Source: Nemertoderma westbladi (Eukaryota > Animalia > Xenacoelomorpha). From it: a stretch of 45,999 bases of DNA. The position numbers and the translations under genes are program-made. The stretch lies in assembly GCA_032718475.1 (NCBI GenBank), contig JAUCBJ010004658.1:1-45999 (forward strand), read 5' to 3'. Every line of letters begins with the position of its first letter. Position 1 is the first letter of the stretch. Shown here piece by piece: positions 22,353-33,519 of this stretch. A model generated the notes under the pieces. It had not been told where the DNA came from. It worked only from the letters and a program-made list of their open reading frames with translations, and searched no databases.

Positions 22353-25300
22353 ATGTCTGACACAAAGCAAAACCTGTCAGACAGTCTCCTAGATACCACA
22401 ATATGCGACCCAGACAGGAGTGTGGAACGTGTGAGACCGAAGTTCAATTCACCTCCTACTGTAAGAAAGATCATCCCTCCAGTAGTAGTAACAGATCCTA
22501 GGCTGGTCCAACACCATAGGTCAATCATAGGCACTCGAGCTCAGGTCAAGCAGGACCAAGAAGCAGCGGAACAGCAGCAACCCGCGAGCCGAGAACTTAT
22601 TTCTCAGCGGTCCGACAGCTCCAGTAGATGCGGTTTATTCGGACCCCCTTCTCATCCTTCCTGCAGCTGTACTCACTAGGGTATTGATTGCGGTGGAGGA
22701 ACACCAGATTGATTGGGCGAGAAGTAAGCGATCGACCAAGGATAGTTATGCGGGATATACAAGGGAAGAACTGAAGTCTATTGTCGAGTCGCAATGGAAC
22801 TTCCCCGGACCCGGACTCCCGTTTGACTTATCAGAAGCTGCCTGGGAAGACATACACAGGATGGGAGTGACAAAGGAAACCCGCGATCCAGCTGTATGGA
22901 AGAGGTCAGCAGCCGGATACGTACAGGGATTCTTCAGCTCTATGGAGCGATTAGAGGAACAATTGTTTCGACAACCACAAGGACCTCAAGAGCAGGGAGA
23001 GCTGCTTTATCAAGTTAGAGAAAGAATTCTAAGAATCGGACTAATCTTATCTGCCTTTGAGGAGGCTTCGAAAAGAAAACAAGACACGTCGTTGCAAGTT
23101 GCCGTAAAGACTTGGTTACAGCGGGTGAGTCTCCAAGTTCAAAGAACTGCTCCGTGGAAATCTCAGTTGGATGAGCGCTCAACCCATGGAGAATCAACAG
23201 ACGCTACCTTTTCCCAAGTGGAAAGCGAAGCGACAGCAGAGAAACCGCATAAGAGGGATGCTATTGACATCTATCTGTCAGACTATCAACGATTTGTAGG
23301 TGACGAAGAGTTGAGGAGACGGCTGAATGGACTTAGCCCCAATAGTGAAGGAGCCAAGCTTGTATTGGACGCAATCGATGTGGATATGTTAGCTGCGAAC
23401 CAAGCTAAATTCAATGAAAGCATCCGCATCACTAAGGTTCAAGAGGAACAAGTAAGGAAAAAACGTATAGAAGACAGAAAGACAGCAGCAGCAGCAGCGG
23501 CAGCGGCAGAAGTAGAAGCGGAAAGAAAGGCAGCAGAAGTGGAAAAGAAAGCGGCAATGGCAGTGGCAGAAGCAGAAAGAAAAGCGGCAGTGGCAGAAGC
23601 AGAACGGAGGGCATCTGAAGAGACAACCCAACTAGAGTTGGAAAATCTTCAAGAGAGGCAGGACAACTTCAATAAACAGTTAACAGCTAGTCAAATGCAG
23701 ATGATGAGTCAATCTACTCCCAAACGACAGGGATTTACATCATCTGATGAAGGCGATGCCACAGATCTTGAAGGCGGAGGAAATAGATCTCGTCTAAGTA
23801 GGCATAGAAGAATGTCCCACCGTCAGAAATTGCCTGATTTGCCCCCAGCTGTTAGAAAGCAACTAACTAACCCAGACTTAGGTAGTACAGAACCCACAGA
23901 CCAAATAATTAAAATAGAAAGACTCCCTACTATAGTAGATGAGCCTGAAATAATTAGGCCTGTTCTCGACACCACCCCTTCGGTGATAGAGACACCTGTA
24001 CTCCCAGAACTTACCTCTAAATTCCCTCTGCACAGCACTAAGCTACCTGTGCCCCACAGAACCATCCCTGAAAATGTTCATGTCCTGGACTCCGAGCGAA
24101 ATATTAATGATTTGTCGCCCGTTGTCCCTCGTCCGCCCGCTACAACGTTGGCGGCTCCCGCTTCGGCGGTCGAGTGGGTGGATGAGAGACGACGGGGGAT
24201 GGATCTCCTGCTCGGGCAGATGCAGGAGACTGTTCAGCAATTCAAGGGCACAGTAAGGGAAAGTAGGTTAGAGTTGCAAGAAGTGCAGCAAAGTATCGCG
24301 TTAGAACGCGATAAATTAGTAAACACCCAAAGAGGTATACCACCACCCCCGGTAACAATGTGTCAACCTGTTAGGTCTGAAGTATCTCATGCGCAAGGTG
24401 TGGAGCCTACACGCATCTATACTGCTAGTGAAGTAGAAACTCCTATAGTAAACCCTATTAAGGGTAATTATAAACCTGTTGACAATGATATCCCATATAG
24501 ACTTGATAATAATCCGAGAAATTTATATACCGATAACTCGATATTAAATAACACGATGGCCCAAGAAAGTTTTACGCGTCAAATGGCTACAACCGAAGCC
24601 CGTCAAGCGGTAAAGGTGGGAGAGATCGTCAAGTTCAATGGAGATGAGATGAAATGGCTACCTTTTAATGAATATTACAAAGATAACATACAGAACTCTG
24701 TGCTATCAAATGGAGAGAATCTTAGATTCCTCATCGAGTGCTTGGAAGGATCTCCCAAGTTAATGGCGTTAAAGTTTATTGGACATCCAGATGGATTAAG
24801 ACAAGTTTGGGATACCCTCAACATCAGGTATGGTAATAGGAATAACATAGCTAGGTATTTGTATGCAAAATTGGTAGCGCCCTGAAAATTCATTAGCAGC
24901 GGGATTATAGAGTTTTCCGATGAAATTCGGGAGATCTGTAGACAATTAGATTGGCTAGGTAAGTCTCATGAATATCAGAGTTCTATGGTTATTGGAGCCG
25001 TGGCCTCTACTTTACCGAAGGGTGGAGTAGGTACACGCTGGGATAAGAAAGTGTTATATATAATGGAACAGCAACGACGAGACCCTACCATGGCTGATCT
25101 CATGTCATTCTTAGATGGAGAAGTGAAATTACAGCTCCTAAAGCAGTCCAGAGAGAAGACACCGGAAAACAAGGTAAGTGAGAAACCCGTTTCTAGGAGA
25201 AAGGTAACACCAGTGTGTTATACCGACGATGGCGAAAGCCAGGCTTCTCAAGGAGAGGACAGCGAGAAAGACACTGAAAGATCTTATTATGTCAACAAAA

Positions 25301-25557
25301 CGCCAAAAGACGTAAGTAAATTCAGGTCCCGAACCAATGACAGGAGAGAACAGGTAAGAAAAACCCCTCCTACGTCTCCCAAGAGAATTCAGGTAAGAAA
25401 GCCCGAAGAAAGAGCGAGTGTGCACAACGTTACTCAAAATAAAGTAAGTAACATCAAACCAAAATGTGCGCTGTGTGACGGGCCACACCGTTTGAATGTG
25501 TGTGATGAATTCCTAAAGAAATCATTAACGGATAGACGGGAAGTCATGTGGGATAAG
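22353..25557 (+). pseudogene. gag: BEL/Pao gag (frameshifted near 22600 and 24880)
   Basis: Coiled-coil/Ala-Glu region, DUF1759-like KFNGDEMKWLPF...LSNGENLRFLIECLEG...LNIRYGN, and first zinc knuckle CALCDGPHRLNVCDEF. Confidence 0.88.
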
Positions 25558-26174
25558 CCGCATTTCACTTTATAGTGCCATGCCGCGCGTATCTCACCGA
25601 CGAACTTTTGCGGACGTTAATGGAGGAAATCGCCGCCTATCTCAACGAGAGACCGCTTATGCCAGTCTCATCGAGTCCCGATTCCCTGGAAGCGCTAACA
25701 CCCGCGCACTTCCTACTGAAGAAACCTGTGGCCATGCTCCCACAATCGGAAATCACAGACGGAGACGAATACTGCCGGCAAACTTGGCAACTTATGCAGT
25801 TGTTATCCCGTTGCTTCGCTGATCATTTCGAAAAACATTATCTGCCCACGCTACAACTTCGAACTAAGTGGTTTGCGCAGCAAGAAAACGTCAGCGCTGG
25901 AGACATGCTCCTTATTGTGGATTCAGATCTTCCACGTAAGCGGTGGCAGACAGGTCGTATCATCGAGACTCACATCTCGGGTGACGGTTTGGTGCGATCG
26001 GTAGAACTCGTCGTCATGCGACGTAACTTCAAGAAACCGGGAATTGTCTTCGAGACACAGCAGCTCAATCGCCCAGTTGGTCGTTTATGTTTACTGGAAA
26101 GAGACAGAGAACTCTCCGGAAACTATGGGAGGCAAGATACTCTTCCCACGACCACCTCCCTAATCCAACAATAA
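25558..26174 (+). pseudogene. pol: BEL/Pao integrase C-terminal remnant (DUF5641-like)
   Basis: LTDELLRTLMEEIAAYLNERPL...LTPAHFL...YLPTLQLRTKW...WQTGRIIETHISGDGLVRSV. Protease, RT, RNase H and the integrase core are absent. Confidence 0.9.
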
Positions 26175-26479
26175 TTCTTTTTCTCTTTCCTTACTGTCCG
26201 TATTACATTAGAAATACGTAACTACAGTAAGATGAAATGTCCGTACTTATTAAAGTACAATAAAGCTCCTACTATATTCAAGTATTATTGGTAAAGTAGA
26301 GTATTAGGAATGCAAAATTCAGATCCTCGTGTCTCGGCTAAACCAAGCTCTGGGTAGACCTTGGAAACGACTTGCCTCTTCTCACAGACATTGCTTCGTG
26401 CGATATTGCTCTCATACCGTATATTAAATAATACATATAGTAGCGTGATGTCCCTTTAACAGTAGCGTACAACGCAAAA

Positions 26480-26800
26480 TAAATCTGTTAAACCCTTTGA
26501 CCATCTGTAATTCTAGTCGATTAAGATATCGCGGCACCCACCGATATACTTGAAAGACAAAATTCTAGAATCAGTGGTTAACGTCCCCAGACAAGTTCTG
26601 GAATAAACTGGTGCCCATCCTAAATATTAATTATTAATATTTACAAAATCTGTCAAATTTTAGATCCTTTAAAATTCTAGTCTATTAAGATATCGTAGCA
26701 CTTACCGATACTCTTAAAAGGACAAATTTCCTAGAATTCAGGATCCTAGTCCCCAGACATGCTCTGGAATAAAATTGTGTCCATTTAATATTAAATAATA
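26480..26800 (+). repeat. Two diverged ~160-bp direct repeats, each able to form hairpins
   Basis: ATTCTAGTC..TTAAGATATCG..CGATA..CTT(G/A)A..GAC..CTAGAAT...CCAGACA.G.TCTGG at ~26509 and ~26673. Confidence 0.75.
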
Positions 26801-27607
26801 AAATTTACGGGAATAAATTTAAATTCATATTTTAATGAATTTAATAAATTGTCATTTTTATACAATTTATAACATTCCCAAAATTCCATAAATTAATAGA
26901 TCATGGGAGCGGAGATTCACCCTATTAAGTGTATTAGTGTGCGAGAATCTCCAATAGATAGTCAATAGCCGATAAAATTCATAAAATCATGTATAAAGAG
27001 GATATTGACAATTAAAGAATTACTATTAAATAGCATCCCAGATCTGTATGCATGAGAATTACCCTAATTCTACCACTAGCTTTCCATAATGTCACCATAG
27101 CAACAACCACGCTAGAATTAGAAGTGAGTTAAAAGAACAATAGAAAGCTTGCCCCATTGAATAGCATAGGGAATAAATAGCGCACTGCTAGTATCCAAGG
27201 ATACATAATAATAACGTGACATTCTGGAAGGCACTTGACTAACGGACAAATGGCCCGAATGTGTACAATTGGTGTCAGTTGTGTGGAGTTTGTGCGTTTA
27301 TAGGTGAATGTTACTACTAAAGTGTGTTTACAGTAGCGAGTCGCAATTGTGAAAGTAGCCTTAACTCTGGCGCAAAACCTGAAGTACATCTAAGCCTTTG
27401 GGACGGACAGTGGAGTGACTTGTGCCGGTTGTCGTTGTGTAGCTACATCGTTGGCGAAAGCACAGCGACGATGGTACATCGGCGCTGAGGATCTTACACT
27501 GTCCGGGGGCAGAGAGGGGTAGGCAGCAACGCCCTCTCTAGCCTAATATATAAACTCATTATAATATTGGTAAACTCATATAGCAGATATGACTGAGTTG
27601 ATAGAAG

Positions 27608-30600
27608 ATGATCTTGGTATTAGGGAGCGATATACTCTACCTTTACAGGGCGTTTGTCGATGGCTTGATATGCGGCGATGCTGGTCCAACTACTACGGAG
27701 GACGATGGTCGTTATATCGAACCGCCAATGTCCCAGGAGCAACTTACGCGTGAATTGGATTATGGAAAGTTCACCGCTCACTATATGCATCGCAATGGTA
27801 CGTATATGGACTTCTTAACTACTGGCCATCCTATCGATTTACACGATACGGACGATGTAGACACCGAAAGGGTAATGGTTTTATTTAAATATCATACCCA
27901 GCGGAGTCGGAATGATAAACCGAGAATTGAACACGAGAACTCTATTCGAAACAGACTCGAAAGGGAAGACGTTGAAGAGCCGGATAAACGCAGCGACTTC
28001 AACGATTATCTGGAATTCCTGAGAGAGACATATCTCAATATTGCCAGCCAACAAAATCTAGAAACTCGATATCCTCAAGGTATACATCATGACCCTATGA
28101 TAGAACTCAAACGACTCTATTTCACTATGATGTATCTTACCGCCGATCGACCGCTACCTGTCGTCCCAGATAGCTTCGAACAGATGGAGGAATATTGTAA
28201 AACTGGAGAACGATCACCCGCGTTTCCCCTGCAGGACGTGCGTCTTTGGTATTACTGCGACGAATGCCATAGACCCAATCAGCAAACGGAAAGACATAAA
28301 CATCCGCGGAGACGTTGCGCTAAACACAGTTTTACACGATATACTTATGGGAGTTTCGAGCGAAGCCTGTTCGACGTATCACCTACGGTCGCTCGGCTCA
28401 AACGATCCTTGAATAAACCAATGATCAGAGTTCCGGAATACTCGGTCAGACCTCCTCATTCCTCAGTTAGACCTCAGACTCTTGATCCTAATAGTATCAC
28501 GGATCCTCCTGAACTGTACTCACTGTTCAAAGATCTAGTGTTACCCGAACAGTTGATCGGTGGCACTCCGGTAGTGGGCTCACTAGATATTCGCCAACCC
28601 TACCTAGCCGGATTAGGACGCGGTCACCCAATATCGCCGTTTAACCCGTACAATCGTCCCGGCTTCACCCCGATACAACCCGTTACCGAAGTCGAGGAGA
28701 GCGTTGTACGAAACGCGTTAGATGCTATTCGACAGAAAATCGGAAAGGGAACTTACGATTGTTTAGAGAAACGCAAATTGCAGCAACAAGTTCAAGCGGT
28801 GAAAGAATTAGCTTTACCCCAGTTCGATAGAGAAATCCAGAATCTCGAGGAAGACATCGAATGTGGACAAACCTACTCTTTACAAGAGTTCCTAGACGAG
28901 CGTTTGCAACAACAAGCGGAGGAAAATCAGCTCGAGGAGAAACACATAGAAATGGATGAGAGAGAAGAAGCAGCTTTAGCCCAGCCAGAAGCTCAAATCC
29001 TTATGACGGATCTCTATTCCAAAACCATCATCCATCCTTCGATGGTTCCCCATTTCGGAGACAAACTCTTCGCCACGGCACAGCCTCAACCGGTTGATAT
29101 CAACCTAAGATCTCGAGATCTTATCGCTGACGCTCCCATGTTGCAACGTCCGCCAATCGAGGCCGCTCGTGTCGATGGTATACTCGTTTAACCTCCGGAC
29201 AATAGAGTGGATCTTGTCCGTCGTATGGTACACGATGTTAACATACGCGCTAGACCTTTACCGAACTCGTTTTATGGGATCAAAGATCACCCTTATTACG
29301 TCAATCTAACGCAATATTACATGGTAAAACCGGAAGATCCTACACATAGTCTGAGGTTTCTACCACTAATAAATCCTCTCGATCTTGTCGAACTCGAACA
29401 ACTGCAGAAACATCTGGATCAGTTAGTTAAAGTAAACTCATTTCGAAAACCATATAATGTTTCCAGAATAGAGAAAGAGACAATACCTCCGTATAATCTT
29501 GATGGATTCATCAAAACTCGATTAGTACACTGGAATCTTGACGTGTTATTCGAGGAGGAAAGAATACAACGATATGGAGATGTAGAAACATATACTACAC
29601 AATATTTAAAGTATAGAGATTTACCTAATGCTAGCGAATGCGCTACCTTGTGGCATCCAGTGGGAATGACTCTAGAAAACGCCACTAAAGAGTGGAATGA
29701 GACTCTTAACGTTATCGAGATGTATGGAGTTGTCACTTACGATAACGAAGGTAGCGTTCCGGTTGGAGAACTGGGAACTACGCGAATGATACATATACGA
29801 GGACTAGCTGGTTCTACCCACGTATTTACTCGAGCGTGTTCCGATGTGATTGATTATTCTTTTGAGACCCTTACCGAGATACAAAAGAAACTCCGACATG
29901 GACAATTCGAACTCGCGCAGCGTTACATCACCGACACCGAGCGCAAACCGGCCATGGGTATCGATGGATCGATGTTACCCCAGCCCGTGCTCGAGATGTT
30001 GTTTAACGAAAGAATCCTTAAAATCGGCTCAGCTGTTTATGGAGATCTACAAAACGACTTTCGGAACATGGAGAACATTCCATACCCTTTCGTCGATACT
30101 CAGCTGATTGCTCCCTGGGCAGAAGGCCGAGGTTTCTTCCGCACTATGTATGCCAATACACCCAGCGGCATTACTAAAGTACAACGAACCTCCATCGGAC
30201 ATCTTGCCTTTCAAGAATACGGATGGAATTTCAAGGTTGGAAATCCTATCAATTACCAACAAGTATATGGAGATCATTATTCTCGTTTATACTTTGACGG
30301 ACCATTGACCGCCCCTGGCGCCGTGTATAGCTTTATGAGTGTTCCACTTCGTCCCTCCTTAGCTATATACACGATCTTTGAAAACGCCGCACTTGCCGGT
30401 TGGCTAGCCGATGTGTGCAGTCGTACCATACGCGCCCATCCCTTAATACTTGGAACCAAACTCGCCAAGCTAGATGAACACAATAAATTCATCCGCTTCG
30501 AATGTTTCCGGCGCTTTCTGACTCCGTTCCGTAACGTTGATAGTCAGTTCAAGGACCGCGCTCTGACCAAACTCAGTCTAAGAGACTCAGCTGCAGAGAA

Positions 30601-31843
30601 GTTAAACAGCGCGGGATTCGCCCTTTTCCAGGACGTTTGTATACAGAACTTACACTCATCTGTTATACAAAGACCCCGAATACCCACGGGTTATTCTGTC
30701 GTGGAAGTTCAGACAGTGGGTCCGCTTGCGGAGACAGCCGCACCTACCTCAGCTATGCAATTGGAAGACGAACCAATATGCTTAGAATCTGAGGAGATTC
30801 AGCCTACAGCGCCCCGGAGCAGCGATAACGACTACGTCTTGGAGTGGTATCAAGGTCCACAATGTCTCACCGCATACGATTATCGGCACGCCAACTATGT
30901 TTCTCGAAAACGTTGCCGATTATGCGCATCGAGAGATCATTTCACCCCTATGGACTCAGACGTACCCTGCTCCTATTTCCACGAACAACCGATGATGGAG
31001 ATCTATTGTGCGTATTGCAGACTTAATAACTCGCACATTTTTGCAGTTTGCCCCCAATTTATGACTCAATGCCACCACTGTCAACTTAAAGGACATGCCA
31101 GTTTTAATTGCCCTTTTAACCGCGATTTAGAAAGCGTAGATGAGATGATTACCCTGCGCTACATCCGAGCTTGGGAAGCGAACGCGGATTTACATTGTGA
31201 GTCCCGCCATCGCTATTACCCTGGACGCGCTTACGAGGGAGTTTACGCATTCCATCCTTATCTATTCGCGTCTGTTGAACAAAAAACACGCATACCGAGT
31301 TACGAACTAATGAAGCGTGTTGGTGAGTGTATTTCCACCAAATTTGTTCGAAAATATCTCAGGAACGTCAATCCTAACGATATTACTTCATACCATTTGA
31401 TCAATTTCATCCGTCAAGACCCTGAGTATGGCGATTTATTTATCAACTCGCACCCTGAGTTACAGGAAGTATCTCGAAGGCCCTACGAATATCGAGCCCG
31501 AGAACGCGAGCTGGAAAGAACCATTAAACCGAGGAAGTTTCTCACCACTCACGGTCCACCTACCGCTATTGTCCAGACGACACGTCAAGGACCAGTAGGA
31601 GCTGCTGTCCTGAGACGCGCCCTAAAGGCCGTTAGACCTCGCTCCACTGAAGTTGATATCGATCAACCAGGTACCTCGACCGGCGGATACACCGATCGTA
31701 ATCCTAAACCTTCTGATGCAATTGTATTGCACCCTTCACCCAGAAGTTATAGCCCTCCTAGTAAAGTGGCTCACCCCAAAGAGAAAAGGACTCTTGCTAG
31801 CCTCAAAAAACTACGTAAACGCCGTCCGCGTAAGGAAGACTAA
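27608..31843 (+). CDS. ORF3: ~1400-codon accessory protein with a DEDDy-like 3'-5' exonuclease domain and CCHC zinc knuckles (one in-frame TAA at 29189-29191)
   Basis: The 527-aa and 878-aa ORFs share a frame and are separated by a single stop. ExoI VVTYDNEG (~29741), ExoII LPQPVLEMLFNERILKIGSAVYGD (~30044), FVDTQ, TSIGHLAFQEYG, ExoIII-like PLRPSLAIYTIFE (~30368). Then CRLCASRDH..C, CAYC..H..CP, CHHCQLKGHASFNC, and a basic C-terminus. Confidence 0.75.
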
Positions 31844-31913
31844 CTGTTTAGAGTATCTTTTATATTTTAGAAACTGTGATTTATATATTTTATAAATTTA
31901 AATCCCATTTTCT

Positions 31914-31921
31914 GGGAGCGG
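31914..31921 (+). promoter_or_regulatory. Polypurine tract
   Basis: GGGAGCGG abutting the 3' LTR; identical in the truncated copy at 15876-15883. Confidence 0.7.
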
Positions 31922-33108
31922 TGTAAAAGCTTTTGCGGAATTAGCCGGTTATTTTCCCCGCAAAGTACTCTGTAGGTGTTTTAACGGACATAAAAAGCCG
32001 TTTCCTTACTGTACCGGTGTTTTAGTGGACATAAAAAGCCATTTCTTCTGTATGTGTACTTTAGTGGACATAACTAGCAATTCTATGTCGCAATAGCTAG
32101 AATTCTCTTGAAACAGTGTAGTTACTATGACGACAGCTAACAGCTGATCTGTACACGTGTAGTTTTTTCCTTGTTCTCCGTTGTTTCTTTGTTCGGCCAA
32201 CCAATCAGAGCGATTCTCCTGCTATTTTGTACAGAAACCTCCGGGAAGTCGCGCAATGCATTATGGGTCAATGTTTACCTTTTTTCCTGAGCCCAGAACA
32301 CCGGCTTTGGAATCTCTGTGTTTTCAGGCTTTAGCCCAACATTAGTAGGCTCGATCATAGAAACGTATATCTGTTATCTTAACAAATCAATCATAACATA
32401 ACTCACCTAATCATATTGTCAACTACAAACACCGCATTTTTACTGCTATTTACTGTCGGTTATTGGTTACATCAGTTGATGGAATATTATTATATTTGGA
32501 ATATCGATAAATAATTATAAAACCCTCAATCTTCTTGATATACTGAAGGTAAGAGACCGGTTACATATAACAGTTGTGACTCACATTAAAGTGGTTTTGG
32601 AGTGAATCTAATGCTATTTAATAGGCACTACATGTGTTGGTTGCTGTTCTCTTTATATGTGACTAAAATTAGTGAAGGTCGGCAGATCGGTGTGCAGTAT
32701 TCTGCAGTAGTGTGTATGATTGTGACTGATAACAAAGCATCTCCTAAAGAATGCGCTATATACGTGAATCCGTAGCCATCCCGTTGTGTCTAGTTTAAGT
32801 CATAACTCTGTTTACATATTTAGAGCGCCACGTCCTAAAGGAACTGTTAATATTTCCTGAAAGTGAATAATATTTGTCAGAGATTATATATTAACGATCA
32901 GTAGAATAATACAGTAGGCCTACATCGCAATAAGGTTGAGCTTCCGAATCCAGTCTCCCGGGTATATCCAGCGGGTGAATGGTCGCGCATAGACTGGCTT
33001 CGGCTAATGTAGTGTATCAAATACTCGTCATAGGCTAAAGTCGATTTATTATCTAGAAGACATCCAAATTTGGCAGGTTAAACTGCTAAAGGTCTGAAAG
33101 CGCGAACA
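31922..33108 (+). repeat. 3' LTR
   Basis: Direct repeat of 19269-20455, followed by TSD GAAGC. Confidence 0.97.
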
Positions 33109-33519
33109 GAAGCTCGTTCACGTCATTAACTTCTGACATTCATGTATAGCAAAAAGTATTATGCATAAGTCAGGTCCAAGATTAGCTGATATAGTGTTTA
33201 TGTTACAATGCGTTTATTCTACTTAGAGAGCCACACTTTTGAAAAAGCTGGCATTTCAGGACATCGTTTTCATCCCTTGTAATGTATTTGAGTTGGTTGA
33301 AGGTCATGATGGCATTGATTTGTGCCCATTTATTGCCGACACCCTCATTATCATCTCGAATATGAATGTCACATACTTGATCAAGTCTATGACGTTTGCT
33401 ATTGGATACCCCCCCCCCCCCCCCCCCCCCCCCCCCCACAACCCCTTTCAGTGAAACCTGCCTCTGCACTGATGTCTATATTATTCTTAACCTTCCAACA
33501 CATGTTAATATTCATCATT

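Larger units (their letters stand above)
19269..33108 (+). mobile_element. BEL/Pao LTR retrotransposon, 13840 bp, pol-deleted, with an extra 3' ORF
   Basis: TG...CA LTRs of 1187 bp. 5-bp TSD GAAGC at 19264-19268 and 33109-33113. Pao gag and integrase C-terminal motifs. Confidence 0.95.

Noticed and set aside
27608-31843. env gene
   Set aside because: No clear signal peptide, fusion peptide or C-terminal transmembrane anchor. The motifs indicate a nuclease and zinc knuckles.
31653-31895. Overlapping alternative-frame ORF also present at 15591-15857
   Set aside because: No ATG start, and its conservation is explained by the high DNA identity of this segment.
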